DNA of 64,000 nt from Eledone cirrhosa (taxonomy: Eukaryota), in NCBI GenBank assembly GCA_964016885.1, contig OZ024740.1, positions 174,530,001 through 174,594,000 on the forward strand, read 5' to 3'. The notes beneath the pieces were generated by a model. It was not told where the DNA came from. It ran no database searches and worked only from the letters and a program-made list of their open reading frames with translations. Below are positions 41,100-54,154 of this stretch, in pieces. The position numbers and the translations under genes were made by a program. Numbering within the stretch: the stretch's first letter is position 1; the number at the start of each line of letters is the position of its first letter.

Positions 41100-41530
41100 T
41101 TTAATGGGTATTTTTAGAGTAACGTTACTTGATAAATGCGCAGCTCGGAGATTAGGGACTCACTCCAGATAGAGCTACTACTTCCTCCAATTGAGAGATC
41201 ACAGCTCCGGTATTACGGACATGTCAGGATCGCTGGACAAATGCTACGGGCAAAACCAGTCAGAAGGAGATCCAGGGATGGAGCATGAGCAAGATGGTTG
41301 GATAACATCATTGAGTTTGGTTGATTTCGCTTGGAAACTGTTGCTTCTGACATGACCTGCAGGTAGGCATATTTGAGGCCTTTGTCCCCACGATCCTCAC
41401 AGGAATACGTGAGCGAAGAAGAAGAAGAAGAAGAAGAAGAAGAAGAAGAAGAAGAAGAAGAAGAAGAAGAAGAAGAAGAAGAAGAAGAAGAAGAAGAAGA
41501 AGAAGAAGAAGAAGAAGAAGAAGAAGAAGA
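41100..41530 (+). mobile_element. Decayed RTE LINE 3' end with a (GAA)n tail
   Basis: ELLLPPIERSQLRYYGHVR motif; (GAA)n at 41415-41530. Confidence 0.6.
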
Positions 41531-41674
41531 TTCAGTACTTATTGAGACCAGATATTATCTAGGCTTCTGAGACGAGTTCCTTTTACTGGAGTTCCTTTTA
41601 CTGGAGCTAACTTTGTCTGGGAGGAAAGAGAGCGTGAGGTGTAAGAAAAGAAGAGAACAAAATATCAGCATTTG

Positions 41675-42211
41675 TTGGCGGACTGCTAGAAGAACGTGTA
41701 GAGAACCAGATACATAACATGGAGAATGAAAGTCTTAATAGGGCCATTGTCATTACGACATTGCATAGTACAAGAGCAACTAAGAATTACATGGATGAAA
41801 TAAGGGGGTGTCTGGATGGTTCTGGCTAAAAAGAAGAAACCAATGGTGGTCAGCAGAATGCCACTTGTAGACTTCATCAACACCGGTAGGCTCACCTGGT
41901 ATGTCATGAAACTCCTCAAAATGACCAAAACTCGGAGCAGCCAGCACGTGGGACCCCATTTGCTCATAATACAGAGAGATGGGGAGGGCGTGAGAGATGG
42001 AGGCGATGATTGTGAGAATTCGGCTCATCCGTATTCGGACACATTGGTAAGCACTTGGAATTGGATTTGTTTCCTCGATTGTTGGAAGTGAAGCATTCTA
42101 TGTAATTTATTTGGGATGAGTTTATAATGGTTGGCATCTTATACATTTATTTAATTTTTGTAGTATTGTTTTTCAATAAACTGGTGTGACTATCAAAAAA
42201 AAAAAAAAAAA
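41675..42211 (+). other. Poly(A)-tailed retroposed insertion of unknown origin
   Basis: AATAAA at ~42175, A17 at 42195-42211, degenerate TSD aaaatatcagcatttg / aaaatatccagaatgtg. Confidence 0.45.
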
Positions 42212-43583
42212 TATCCAGAATGTGACATATGATGTGTCCAGTTATTTGCACCAGTAGGTGTATGAATAACTTCTTAATTCATCATGTTATATTTACTTAT
42301 TGTGTTGTTTTTTTTTTTTATTATTTATTTCGTAGGGCCTATGGAATAATTGGCCTAACAGTATTGCACAGTACACGAGCAGCTAAGAATTACATATATT
42401 TAATTATTTATTGAAATATTACTTTTAATTTCAATTTGGCATTCATTTCTGCTTTTCTCGGCATTTATTGTTAAATATATGTGTGTGCGTGTGTGTGTGT
42501 GTGTGTGTCTTTGTCTTTGTGTGTGTACATGTATGTGTGTATATGTATGTATAGATGGATCTATGTATGTGTGTGTTTGGGTATGTGTATATATTTGTTT
42601 TTGTTCTTACACGTTTAACTTTAAGTATTAGGTTTACATAAGATTTAATTGTTTATATGCATATCTATATATGTAATTATAGGTTTTCGCTTTAAAATTA
42701 TGTTTTATCTCTATATATATCTAATTTTATTTCTTACATTTTAATTATTCTAATTACATAAATCTTCTCTACGAAAATATCGAAGAATAGCTATGTACTT
42801 CCTTTTGTTTTCACCTGTTTCCCGGTTTCTTAGAACTTTTGATTTGACTCCGGTAAGCCCAAATTAAAACTTTCCTTATACATTAATTTAATATAGATTT
42901 CAATAAACTGAGTATTTTCGGATTAATTACTCTGTAATAAATATTAATCCAATTACTCTGTAATAAATATTAATTCATAAAATATACATTCTCAATTGTC
43001 ATAAAGTTTTCTATACTTATACGAAACTGCCTGAAACCGCTCCTGTTTCGTCGATATTAAGCTGTTTATTTTTAAATGTTTATATTTATCTAACAAATTT
43101 CTATCATAACTTTATGAAAGAACCTTTTTTAGGTTATGTTCCAAATACAAGATAGACAATGAGAAAGTTGGTGATATTACAAAATTCCTACAAATTCTTG
43201 ATTATTTTCAAATAATCTGTCATGAGAATGTTGGTAATATATGTGATATGCCAGAAAACACGGTTTCCATTAATGATACCTGGTCAGAAACTAATTATAA
43301 CATCGATTTGGAAATTTTCAACATTAGTGTAGAATGATTTTCTTTAATAACAACATTGTGTGTGTTTTATGTAATCAGTTATCGAATTCTTTCGTTTATT
43401 TAAATAATGACATCATTTGATTAATTGAACTTAATAAACAAATTTAACCAATCCTACTTTCCTCCTCTTTCCCACTTACACTCCTTATCATTTTCCATTC
43501 TTTTCTTTTGTTTATATGTCACTTTCCTCCCCTCTTTCCTTCTAATTTAATCCCACCGATCATCTTGTCTTTCTCTTGTTACT

Positions 43584-44031
43584 AGGGCAGTCGATTGGCA
43601 GTATCGGTAAAGCGTCAGACACCATGCTTTGCATCTTAGAGTTATGGCCCTTTATGTTCTGATTTCAAATCCCGCCGAGGTTTGCTTTTTATTTCATCCT
43701 TACGGGGTCGCTAAAATAAAGTACCAGTAAGCACTGGGGTCGATTTAATCGACTTTCCCCTCCCCTATAAATTTATGCCTAAAGTAGAAACAATTATTTA
43801 TCTTATTAGTAGGGGGGGGGGGTTGGCAGTATCGGTAGAGGGTCGGACACCATGCTTTGCAGCATAGAGTTACGGCCCTTTGCGGTCTGAGTTCAAATCC
43901 TGCTGTGGTTAGTTTTGCCATTCATCCTTATGATGTCGATATAATAAAGTACCAGTCACACACTGAGGTTGATTTAATCGACTTTCCCCTCTCTCAAAAT
44001 TGCTGGCCTTGTGCCTAAAGTAGAAACCATT
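43584..44031 (+). mobile_element. Two tandem SINE family A copies (long variant with extra gtcgatttaatcgactttcccct)
   Basis: Copies at 43584-43797 and 43812-44031. Confidence 0.85.
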
Positions 44032-44189
44032 ATTTCTTTTGTTACTTGTGCCTGTTTGTAACGGTAATTTCTCTCTCTAATAAATACAATGATACTAAAT
44101 AATTTCATTGTTTATGCTATTTCTGATGAGTCATGAAATAACAAAAACGAAACTTCAGCCGAAAGATGTTTTTAATAAATCTATTATTC

Positions 44190-44249
<60 letters not shown>

Positions 44250-44285
44250 CTGTGTGTGCATATACATATATATATACACACACGC

Positions 44286-44372
<87 letters not shown>

Positions 44373-44506
44373 GATAAATCTACCAAGAGTTTACGGTAGT
44401 GTCCAATCCGTATGAAGAACTCAATGTATTCCGGATATCATGGAAAGAAGAGATGTAATGAAAAATCACTTTCGGTGAAAGATAAACGGTATACAGAGTC
44501 AAGATA

Positions 44507-44549
<43 letters not shown>

Positions 44550-44574
44550 TCCTTTTATATATATATATATATAT

Positions 44575-44941
44575 CCAGGGAGTGTAACTTGGAGTTACTT
44601 TAGGTTCACCCGGCTGAGCACTCGATGTTTAGGTTCACTTCAGTGTCGAGGTGTAGAGCTAGACAGAGTGTATTCTAGTGAAAAGATAACAAGGACTATT
44701 GGTTACTCCTTCATTACATTTATTGGTTGGTGACGCGCGTTTCGACACTGATCAGCTCAATGTTCGATCTGTATCGATCTTACCCGACTCTGTAATCTGC
44801 GGCTCAAGGGGTCCGTCGAGCCGCAGATTATAGAGTCGGCTAAGATCGATACAGACCGAAACTTGAGCTGATCAGTGTCGAAACGCGCGTCACCAACCAA
44901 TAAATGTAATGAAGGAGTAACCAATTGTCCTTGTTATCTTT

Positions 44942-44947
<6 letters not shown>
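44575..44947. mobile_element. Family G foldback: arms 44676-44805 / 44818-44947, 12-nt loop, one-sided tail
   Basis: Near-perfect hairpin. Each arm carries GAAA-CGCGCG-UC-ACCAACC (HHR 3' half) but no CUGANGA. Confidence 0.8.
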
Positions 44948-44984
<37 letters not shown>

Positions 44985-45053
44985 TATGAAGAGAGAAGAA
45001 ACATTTAGATGTAATTAGTAATAAAATGTATCATACCTAAACTGTTCCTAAAT

Positions 45054-45141
45054 TCCTCGACTACGTAGTTTCGTGGCATAAACAAAAACAATATATCAAA
45101 GATATAGAGTCCTTGCGAGGTCTGCCGACTTATCAAGAGGA
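45054..45141 (-). ncRNA. HHR with U3-A8 variant core (downstream copy)
   Basis: UCCUC-UUGAUAA-GUCGGCA...UGCCAC-GAAA-CUACGUAG-UC-GAGGA. Confidence 0.75.
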
Positions 45142-45644
45142 TACCTCATTTTACTAGTCTCAAGAACGCGTCTACACGACGTGAGAAAGAATCTCAAAAG
45201 GCGGAGGGGGAGATAGTCACGCGATATAACGGTCGAGAAACAGAGCTAAGCCTCTTATAACCACGAAGAAAATACCACGGAGGCGGAGGGGGTATTCATA
45301 TCGAGGCCGTAGAAGAGGTAGTGAAGAAGGCGAGAAGTATGAGTTATGGAAGCTTTCCAGTTGTCCCCACACCTCGAAGATTGCTCGACCAGAGGGAGTT
45401 ATTAATATATTTAGAAACACACAGATACATGCGGACGCACACATATATACATGAATGCATCCGCACCCAACTGTGAGTTAAGGGTGCCAACTTCACCGAT
45501 GTTGCTCAATGAATGACTGGGACAGACCAATTCAGTTTGAACCAGACTGAACCAGTATCAGAGTTAAAAATACATTATGAAGAGAGAAGAAACATTTAGA
45601 TATAATTAGTAATAAAATGTATCATACCTAAACTGTTCCTAAAT

Positions 45645-45732
45645 TCCTCGACTACGTAGTTTCGTGGCATAAACAAAAACAATATATCAAAGATATAGAG
45701 TCCTTGCGAGGTCTGCCGACTTATCAAGAGGA
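45645..45732 (-). ncRNA. HHR with U3-A8 variant core (upstream copy)
   Basis: Same sequence as 45054-45141, offset 591 bp. Confidence 0.75.
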
Positions 45733-45973
45733 TACCTCATTTTACTAGTCTCAAGAACGCGTCTACACGACGTGAGAAAGAATCTCAAAAGGCGGAGGGG
45801 GAGATAGTCACGCGATATAACGGTCGAGAAACAGAGCTAAGCCTCTTTTAACCACGAAGAAAATACCACGGAGGCGGAGGGGGTATTCATATCGAGGCCG
45901 TAGAAGAGGTAGTGAAGAAGGCGAGAAGTATGAGTTATGGAAGCTTTCCAGTTGTCCCCACTCTGTGTGTTTC

Positions 45974-46021
<48 letters not shown>

Positions 46022-46113
46022 TTTTATTATAGATACTGGCCTCTACTGGCCTTGAACTGTTTCGTTCGTATGTATGTATGTATGTATGTATGTATGTATG
46101 TATGTATGTATGT

Positions 46114-46567
46114 AGGCAAAGGAGCTCTTAAGAGTCAATGGCCATCCAAAATCACCGGGAGAGATGACCCCTTAGCCTTTGTCAAGGCAGAATTCTAGGA
46201 GAAGGAAAACTCTGATATAACACCTGCAACCCTGATGGTATCCAATGATGTTGACTTGTTCTTCTTTTTGGTAAATATCATCTTGGTTAAGAGAGTGGGA
46301 CTGGCTTTGTGCAGTGCCTTTGTTCACTATAAAAGCTTCACGGCACAGGCATTGCTTTGTATCTGGAGATCTCTCTGCACTTGTCGTCACATGGTATCAT
46401 GTGCCCAGCACTATGTGTCAGTAGTTGTCACAAGTGTAGTGTTTGTACCAGAGTTTTCAAGTCGCTGGCTGGACTAAAAAGTCACACTCGTTCAGCGCAT
46501 CGGTAGGGGTTCTCCTACATGGATATAAAGTAGTGGCCATACTTGAAAACGAGTTGGCAGCCACCAT
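46114..46567 (+). mobile_element. Non-autonomous RTE-derived element in (TATG)n
   Basis: Reverse complement of 37889-38340. Confidence 0.7.
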
Positions 46568-48510
46568 GTATGTATGTATAAGTACACATACCAGCATCAT
46601 CACTCCCACAATGATATATGACTGGACAATGTGGGAGAAGGCTATGCGATGTGCAGATCCCCCGGCATATGTCGCTTCGTGGTCCCAACAGACAGAATAG
46701 GCAAACCGTTTCCCCGGAAGATAGCAGGGGGGGGGGGCCTTTGAAATAGCCATTCAACTCGCGAAGCTCACTCCTGCGGTAGCCAATTTCGCCCTGATTG
46801 CAGCTATTAGGAAGATGGTTCGAGGAACTCAGAACACCAGTAGTCTCACCGCTATAGGTTCAAAGAGAAACCTATCGGATAGTAACTGATACTTCAATTG
46901 TTTACGATCTTCAGCTTTTCAGGCAATGAAACCTGGATCTGTTGCCATTTTGGGATATCGGAATTTGAAAGTCGTAATTTTCAACCTGTATTTATTTTCA
47001 GAGTATTTAATCTTGGATCCATAAAGATATTACTTCTTTTGGAATGTTGCTACTTAATACATAGTATAGAATATTGTCTGTGTAGTTCTTGATAGTCTAT
47101 CATTATTGCTGTTGCTGACGCTGCCACTGTCGATGTTGTTGCTGTGGAATGAACTCTGGTCCCTTCTTCGTCAATAGGCCATTTGAGAAAAAAATGCTCT
47201 ATTGGTTGTTGTTATATCGTCCATGTTTATGTGTGCAAAACCTAAATATGGTATTTCCATTTTATAGTCAGGTTGTTGTTGTGATTGCTGCTAGTAAGAA
47301 TGGTGGATTGGCGGAGTCGTTAGAGCGTCGGACAAATGCGAAGCAGTATTTGTTCCGACGTTTTACATTCTGATTTGAAATACCGTCGACAAAATAAAGT
47401 ACCAGTCAATATAATATAATGAACGCGTGATCAAAGAAACTGCAGACGTGACAGTCTAATCTTTTTTTTTCCTTTTTTTTTTCCTTTTTTTTTTATCCAG
47501 AGAGTATAATTGCGATAACCCTGAACACTGTATCCTTCTCATTTTTTATGGTTGTACTTTGAAAGAGATTTGGCTACGATTTCTAACAGGTCAGTGAACT
47601 ACATAGAGACACCCTTATTGGCTTTAGTTACTTATTTCGGGAGAATTTAACCGCAAAGTAACAATATAAAAACTCTTACTTTATCGCGCAAAATTCGTTC
47701 CTTGGCTTTAAACACATGTCAAAAAACTGTAATAGGTGAGAATCATAAGAAATAACAATTTGTCATTCAAAGCGCGTGACATATCGATTAGTGTTTGGCT
47801 CTCGAGTGTAAAATCGGGAATTCTATTCCTCGAGGTGCGTTGTGTTCTTGAGCAAGTCATTTTATTCCACATAGCTCCAGTTCACTCATCTAACAAAAAT
47901 GAGTTGTTCTTGTAATTCAAAGAGACAGTCTTGTCACATCTCATTCTGTGTCACGATGAATCTCTCTCTAAGATCTACGCTAACGGTACATATATGTGTG
48001 GAATGTTCAGTCACTTGCATGTTAATTTCATGAACAGGCTGTTCCATTGATTGAATCAACTGAAACATTCGTCATCGACAGAGGTCCAACAGACAATTTG
48101 TCAATGACACTAAAAACGCAAATACAAGGAGTAATATAAATGTTAAACTGTGTTCATAACAACAGAAATAACAAAAGCCTTTTACGACATGTGATATGAA
48201 TTCAATGCTGGATCCTGTACTCAATTGATCTGGCGGTAATCTCCTCATCCTGGGAAAACCAACCGATTTAAAATTAATCAAACATCTAGAGCTAATTTAT
48301 CTGTTAATCTCTTGTTAATTCTATTGCGTATGTGTCACAGTGTATATATAGAACCTAAATATGCGCCTGTGTATCATGTAGTTAAAACCCTTCCAACATT
48401 GACTTCTGCTGCTATATAAACCTTTGTCTGTGTATGAGTGTATAAATACACACACACACACACACACACACATATTTATATATATAATATATATATAATT
48501 GTTTTTACAT

Positions 48511-48876
48511 ATAATTGCTTCTATTTTTGGCACAAGGCCAGCAATTACCCAGTACATTACTGGTACTTTATTTTATCGACCCCGTAAGGATGATAGGCAA
48601 AGTTAACTTCGGTGGGATTTGAACTCAGACCATAAAGGCATGTAACTCTTTGCTGCAAAACATGGCGTCTGACCCTCTACCGATACTGCTAATCCACCGC
48701 CTTCTACATATAATTGTTTCTACTTTAGGCACAAGGCCAGCAATTACCCAGTGTGTTACTGGTACTTTATTTTATCGACCCCGTAAGGATGAAAGGCAAA
48801 GTCAACCTCGGCGGGATTTGAACTCAGATCGTAAAGGGACGTAACTATGCTGAAAAGCATGGCGTCCGAACCTCTA
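48511..48876 (-). mobile_element. Two tandem SINE family A copies
   Basis: Copies at 48511-48702 and 48710-48876 (the second is 5'-clipped). Confidence 0.9.
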
Positions 48877-49238
48877 CATATAATGACATACAAACACGCA
48901 CCCGCGTGAGCAAGCAGACACACATGAATCCTTACACGCACACACACACATACAAGAACGTACACGAATATACGTATCTATATACATGCACAAGACTGCC
49001 CTACCAATTGCATTACAACACCCACATACGCCCACACACAAAAAATAGGGCCGATGCTTATATATATATATACCTATCATCTCACAAATCACAACAAATA
49101 CTATATTTGTTTGTCACATCGCCAGTCTGAAGAGCAGATCGATAATGGAGTCGAGTCCATAACTCCTATCCTTTGCAAAACGTTCCCAACAGGTCAATAC
49201 ACAATAAAAATCTAATATATGTAAACGAAACTTCACCG

Positions 49239-49276
<38 letters not shown>

Positions 49277-49281
<5 letters not shown>

Positions 49282-49551
49282 GTCTTAAGCCAGACGGCTC
49301 GTTAGGCCGGTGCTTATCCCGGTTTCATGGCGTGAAGCGACTGAGAGTACAAGACTCCCCCCTGGACAGGACGCCAGTCTATCGCAGGGTTAAAACCCCC
49401 AGCCATTGGTGGTACTATTTACAGCTGAGTATACTGGTGCAACGTGAAATGAAATGAAGGGTTTTCTCAAGAACACAACACGCAACCTAAGAATCGAACC
49501 CATGACGTTATGATCGTAAGTCCAACACCCTTACCACTAGGCGACGTGTCT
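49277..49551 (-). mobile_element. tRNA-derived SINE with a V-domain-like central motif
   Basis: A-box gcctagtgg, B-box ggttcgattc, central cctgcgatagactggcgtcctgtccaggg. Confidence 0.7.
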
Positions 49552-49554
49552 TCT

Positions 49555-50382
<828 letters not shown>

Positions 50383-50618
50383 ATAAATATATATATATAT
50401 ATATATAAGTATGTATACGTACATACATATATGTATACAGACGTACAGTAGTATGTATATATATATATATATACATACATGCACACATATATATATGTTC
50501 GTATGGATTCACCGAACATTTATTATAATGCTCGGTGTGTTTGTAAACAAACATCCCGAATTAAGCCGTACAGTGTCTAGCAACCATCGTTACTCATTTA
50601 TTCAACACTGATAAAGGA

Positions 50619-50661
50619 ACGCTGTACTAGTTTCAAGCTTATTAGCTATCGTCAGAAACGT
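50619..50661 (-). ncRNA. Minimal HHR (left arm, stem I mismatch next to the core)
   Basis: ACGUUU-CUGACGA-UAGCUAAUAAGCUU-GAAA-CUAG-UA-CAGCGU. Confidence 0.65.
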
Positions 50662-50933
50662 ATACCTTCCTGCCAGATGGTTGAACGTCTGAAAGTATAT
50701 ACTTTCCTTATGCATATTAACGGCTGAGCAGCCTAATTTGCATATCGAGTGAGTTAATCGGCCGGGCGTACCGAAAACGATAATCGGAAAAAATGTAACG
50801 AAATTTCATTTCTCACTCTTAGTACGGCTGTTACTTAAATATATGTATGTATACGTACATAGGCAGCTCAGCCGTTAATATGCATAAGGAAAGTATATAC
50901 TTTCAGACGTTCAACCATCTGGCAGGAAGGTAT

Positions 50934-50976
50934 ACGTTGCTGACGATAGCTAATAAGCTTGAAACTAGTACAGCGT
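50934..50976 (+). ncRNA. Minimal 43-nt HHR (right arm)
   Basis: ACGUUG-CUGACGA-UAGCUAAUAAGCUU-GAAA-CUAG-UA-CAGCGU. Confidence 0.8.
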
Positions 50977-51219
50977 TCCTTTGTCAGTGTTGAACAAATG
51001 AGCAACGATGGTTGCTAGACACTGTACGGCTTAATTCGGGATGTTTGTTTACAAACACACCGAGCATTATAATAAATGTTTGGTGAATCCATACGTACAT
51101 ATATATATATATACATACTACTGTACGTCTGTATACATATATGTATGTACGTATACATACTTATATTTAAGTAACAGCCGTACTAAGAGTGAGAAATGAA
51201 ATTTCGTTTCATTTTTCCG

Positions 51220-51300
<81 letters not shown>

Positions 51301-51341
51301 ATATATATATGTATATGTATATATATATATATTTGTATATA

Positions 51342-51424
<83 letters not shown>

Positions 51425-51425
51425 G

Positions 51426-51500
<75 letters not shown>

Positions 51501-51537
51501 ATATATATATATATATATGTGTGTATATATATATATA

Positions 51538-51578
<41 letters not shown>

Positions 51579-51591
51579 ATATATATATATA

Positions 51592-51690
<99 letters not shown>

Positions 51691-51710
51691 TCACATAATC
51701 GAAATATATG

Positions 51711-51780
51711 TTTTATTATATATATTTCGAAGGTACTATGGTACTGTGCTGTTTTTTCAGTACGTTCTCGTCAGATAAAA
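51711..51780 (-). ncRNA. HHR (left arm)
   Basis: Exact mirror of 51896-51965. Confidence 0.8.
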
Positions 51781-51895
51781 TACATGAATTGATGTATGAC
51801 ATACCTCAACGGTCTTGATGGTTCAATTCCAGTATTGCCAATACTTGAATTGAACCATCAAGACCGTTGAGGTATGTCATACATCAATTCATGTA

Positions 51896-51965
51896 TTTTA
51901 TCTGACGAGAACGTACTGAAAAAACAGCACAGTACCATAGTACCTTCGAAATATATATAATAAAA
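51896..51965 (+). ncRNA. HHR (right arm)
   Basis: UUUUAU-CUGACGA-GAACGUACU...AGUACCUUC-GAAA-UAUAUA-UA-AUAAAA. Confidence 0.8.
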
Positions 51966-52108
51966 CATATATTTCGATTATGTGAATGTCTTCATTTATT
52001 AATATTCTGAATAATATTAATAACTTCAGAAAACTTCCTTGTAGAGTGCTTTTAATCTATTGTAAAACTATATTCATTGAGTAATCAATGAACCATATTA
52101 ATCTTTGG

Positions 52109-52147
<39 letters not shown>

Positions 52148-52295
52148 TAAGGAATTATGTGTCCTTTGTTTGTATTTTTTTTATTGTTTTAAACAATTTT
52201 TTTTAAAGGTTTCCCCTTAAAAGATTGTTTTTCGTTTGTTGTCTTGTCCGCTCTTTGTTATTTTCCTTAAGTATATATATATATATATATATATA

Positions 52296-52604
52296 TAAGT
52301 AGAAGTTGTATTTAATTTGTTGGAAGTCCAACAAACATAAATGTTTATAACTGATTTAGAACACTCAACAAGTTACTGGAGTAAATATTCAATGATATTA
52401 AATAAATGGAAACTATATTTATAAAACCATATTTATTTTATTATATATATTTCAAGGGCAACCAAGAGAACATGTCTTGGTCGCCCTTAAAACAAACTTT
52501 GCATTTTATCTGATGAAAGCGTACCAATGTTGCCTTGGTTGCCCTTGAAATATATATATAAAATAAATATGGTTTTATAAATATAGTTTCCATTTATTTA
52601 ATAT

Positions 52605-52608
<4 letters not shown>
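52296..52608. mobile_element. Family E-related foldback (arms ~52390-52465 / 52536-52608) with a degenerate HHR at 52503-52564 (+)
   Basis: Shares aataaatggaaactatatttataaaaccatatttattt and the tail with the 34551 element. CUGAUGA at 52510, GAAA at 52547. Confidence 0.75.
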
Positions 52609-52660
<52 letters not shown>

Positions 52661-54095
52661 ATCTTTTAAGAGGACCTCAAAAAAATTATTTTAAAAAAAT
52701 AAAAAATATAAACGAAGGACACATCACTCTAGGGTCATCGGCTGCCGTTGATGTGGACTTTGACAGTTTCGACCCATACCAAACGTAGTACCAGGGGGGT
52801 AAGAGACGAGAGACAAAACAAAAATGTATAGCAATCAATTAAGCTACAAGTACACATAGAATTTTATGTGACGTCAAGCAAAAAGTGTGGTGCCTCTTAT
52901 AGCACGAGAGTCATGAATGAAACAAAGAAAAAAGTTTTAAAAAGGACGAAAAAAGCACGAAGAAAGTAAGATATCGTGTTAAAAAATGTGTAACCCAATG
53001 CAATAAATGGGTGGAGCGGGGGAGAAGTGATAACACGTCTGTCATATTGGTATTGATAAACTTAAGTAAAATAACGAAGAGAGGACAAGACAACGAACGA
53101 AAAATAATTTTTAAGGTTGCGACCGATAGATAGTATTAGCAATTGGAAAGCCCAATGGAGACATTGTTTCCTCGGTCCGATTTGACGAAAGTCGATCGAC
53201 TGTCGATATATATATATGGGGGGGGGGGCACATTTAGTTCTTAATCACACGACTAGTGTTTATCATGTGTCACCCTATTTAAAGGAAATGATAAATAAAC
53301 CCGCCTAGTATTCGGACTTATTATTGTTGTTGTTTTGCTGGTAGTCACAAGCGATCCAGAAGTGGTCATCCTATTATTTGTTATATAAGGAACAAAATAA
53401 ATTGTTCAATGCGTCTTTTGTTTATCGAGGGAAATCCGGTTGTTATTTATAGCAGTTTGAGCGATCAAATGCAAGCTAGCCCAGATATCGTTTTTCGCGT
53501 GACCGAATGAAGAGAACTTAGAAATACCGGTCAACAACGTACTCGGTTAATTTTATAGTGGTGCCACTGTTTGCAACAGTGAATTACACAATCCGCCACC
53601 CAAGCAAAAGAGGGTAGTTTTTACGTGCTCTCTCAACCTGCTAGCCATAGCACCCAAGTCTCTTCAAATTACTTTCAACTGTTTTAACAGAAACACCATA
53701 TAGCACCATGTAGTCATAAATATGCAAAGAAACATGGTCACGGATGGAACGTCTTTCATCTTTCATCTATTTGATCAGTGCTAACTCAGTCAGGACTAAA
53801 CAACAACTTACAACACATTTCAGTAAAGGTGATTCATAAATAAATGTTAAAAAGTAGTAATATACAAAGTAGCTTCATCTACTTAGTCTTGTTGCATCTT
53901 TATGAATGAGGCTTGCAACTTACTCTAAGACCATATATAGCAGCATGTATGCATGCATATAGGCTCAAGTCACTGTGAGCATGCGTCTGTACTTGAATGT
54001 GTTTGTGTGGATACATTTGCGTGAATGTGTGTGCGCGTGTGTATCAACACTTGCGTCTGTTTATGTGTGTGTATGCGTACGGGTATGCGTGAGCG

Positions 54096-54154
<59 letters not shown>

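Larger units (their letters stand above)
44980..45980 (-). mobile_element. Family D tandem, 591-bp unit x ~1.66, two HHRs (retrozyme-like or Penelope partial tandem)
   Basis: 44980-45370 is repeated at 45571-45961. Short inverted tail piece at 45962-45980. (TA)n on both sides. Confidence 0.85.
50402..51222. mobile_element. Family H complex foldback: arms ~50402-50735 / 50860-51166, plus an inverted tail copy at 50787-50860
   Basis: ~310-bp inverted arms with an HHR in each. Confidence 0.85.
51687..52110. mobile_element. Family I foldback: 303-bp near-perfect palindrome (51687-51989, centre 51838) plus tail
   Basis: One mismatch seen, essentially no spacer, (TA)n on both sides. Confidence 0.9.

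Noticed and set aside
44119-44165. CUGAUGA...GAAACUUCAGCC
   Set aside because: Stem II is only 2 bp, there is no NUH triplet and stem I is weak. Too degenerate to call.
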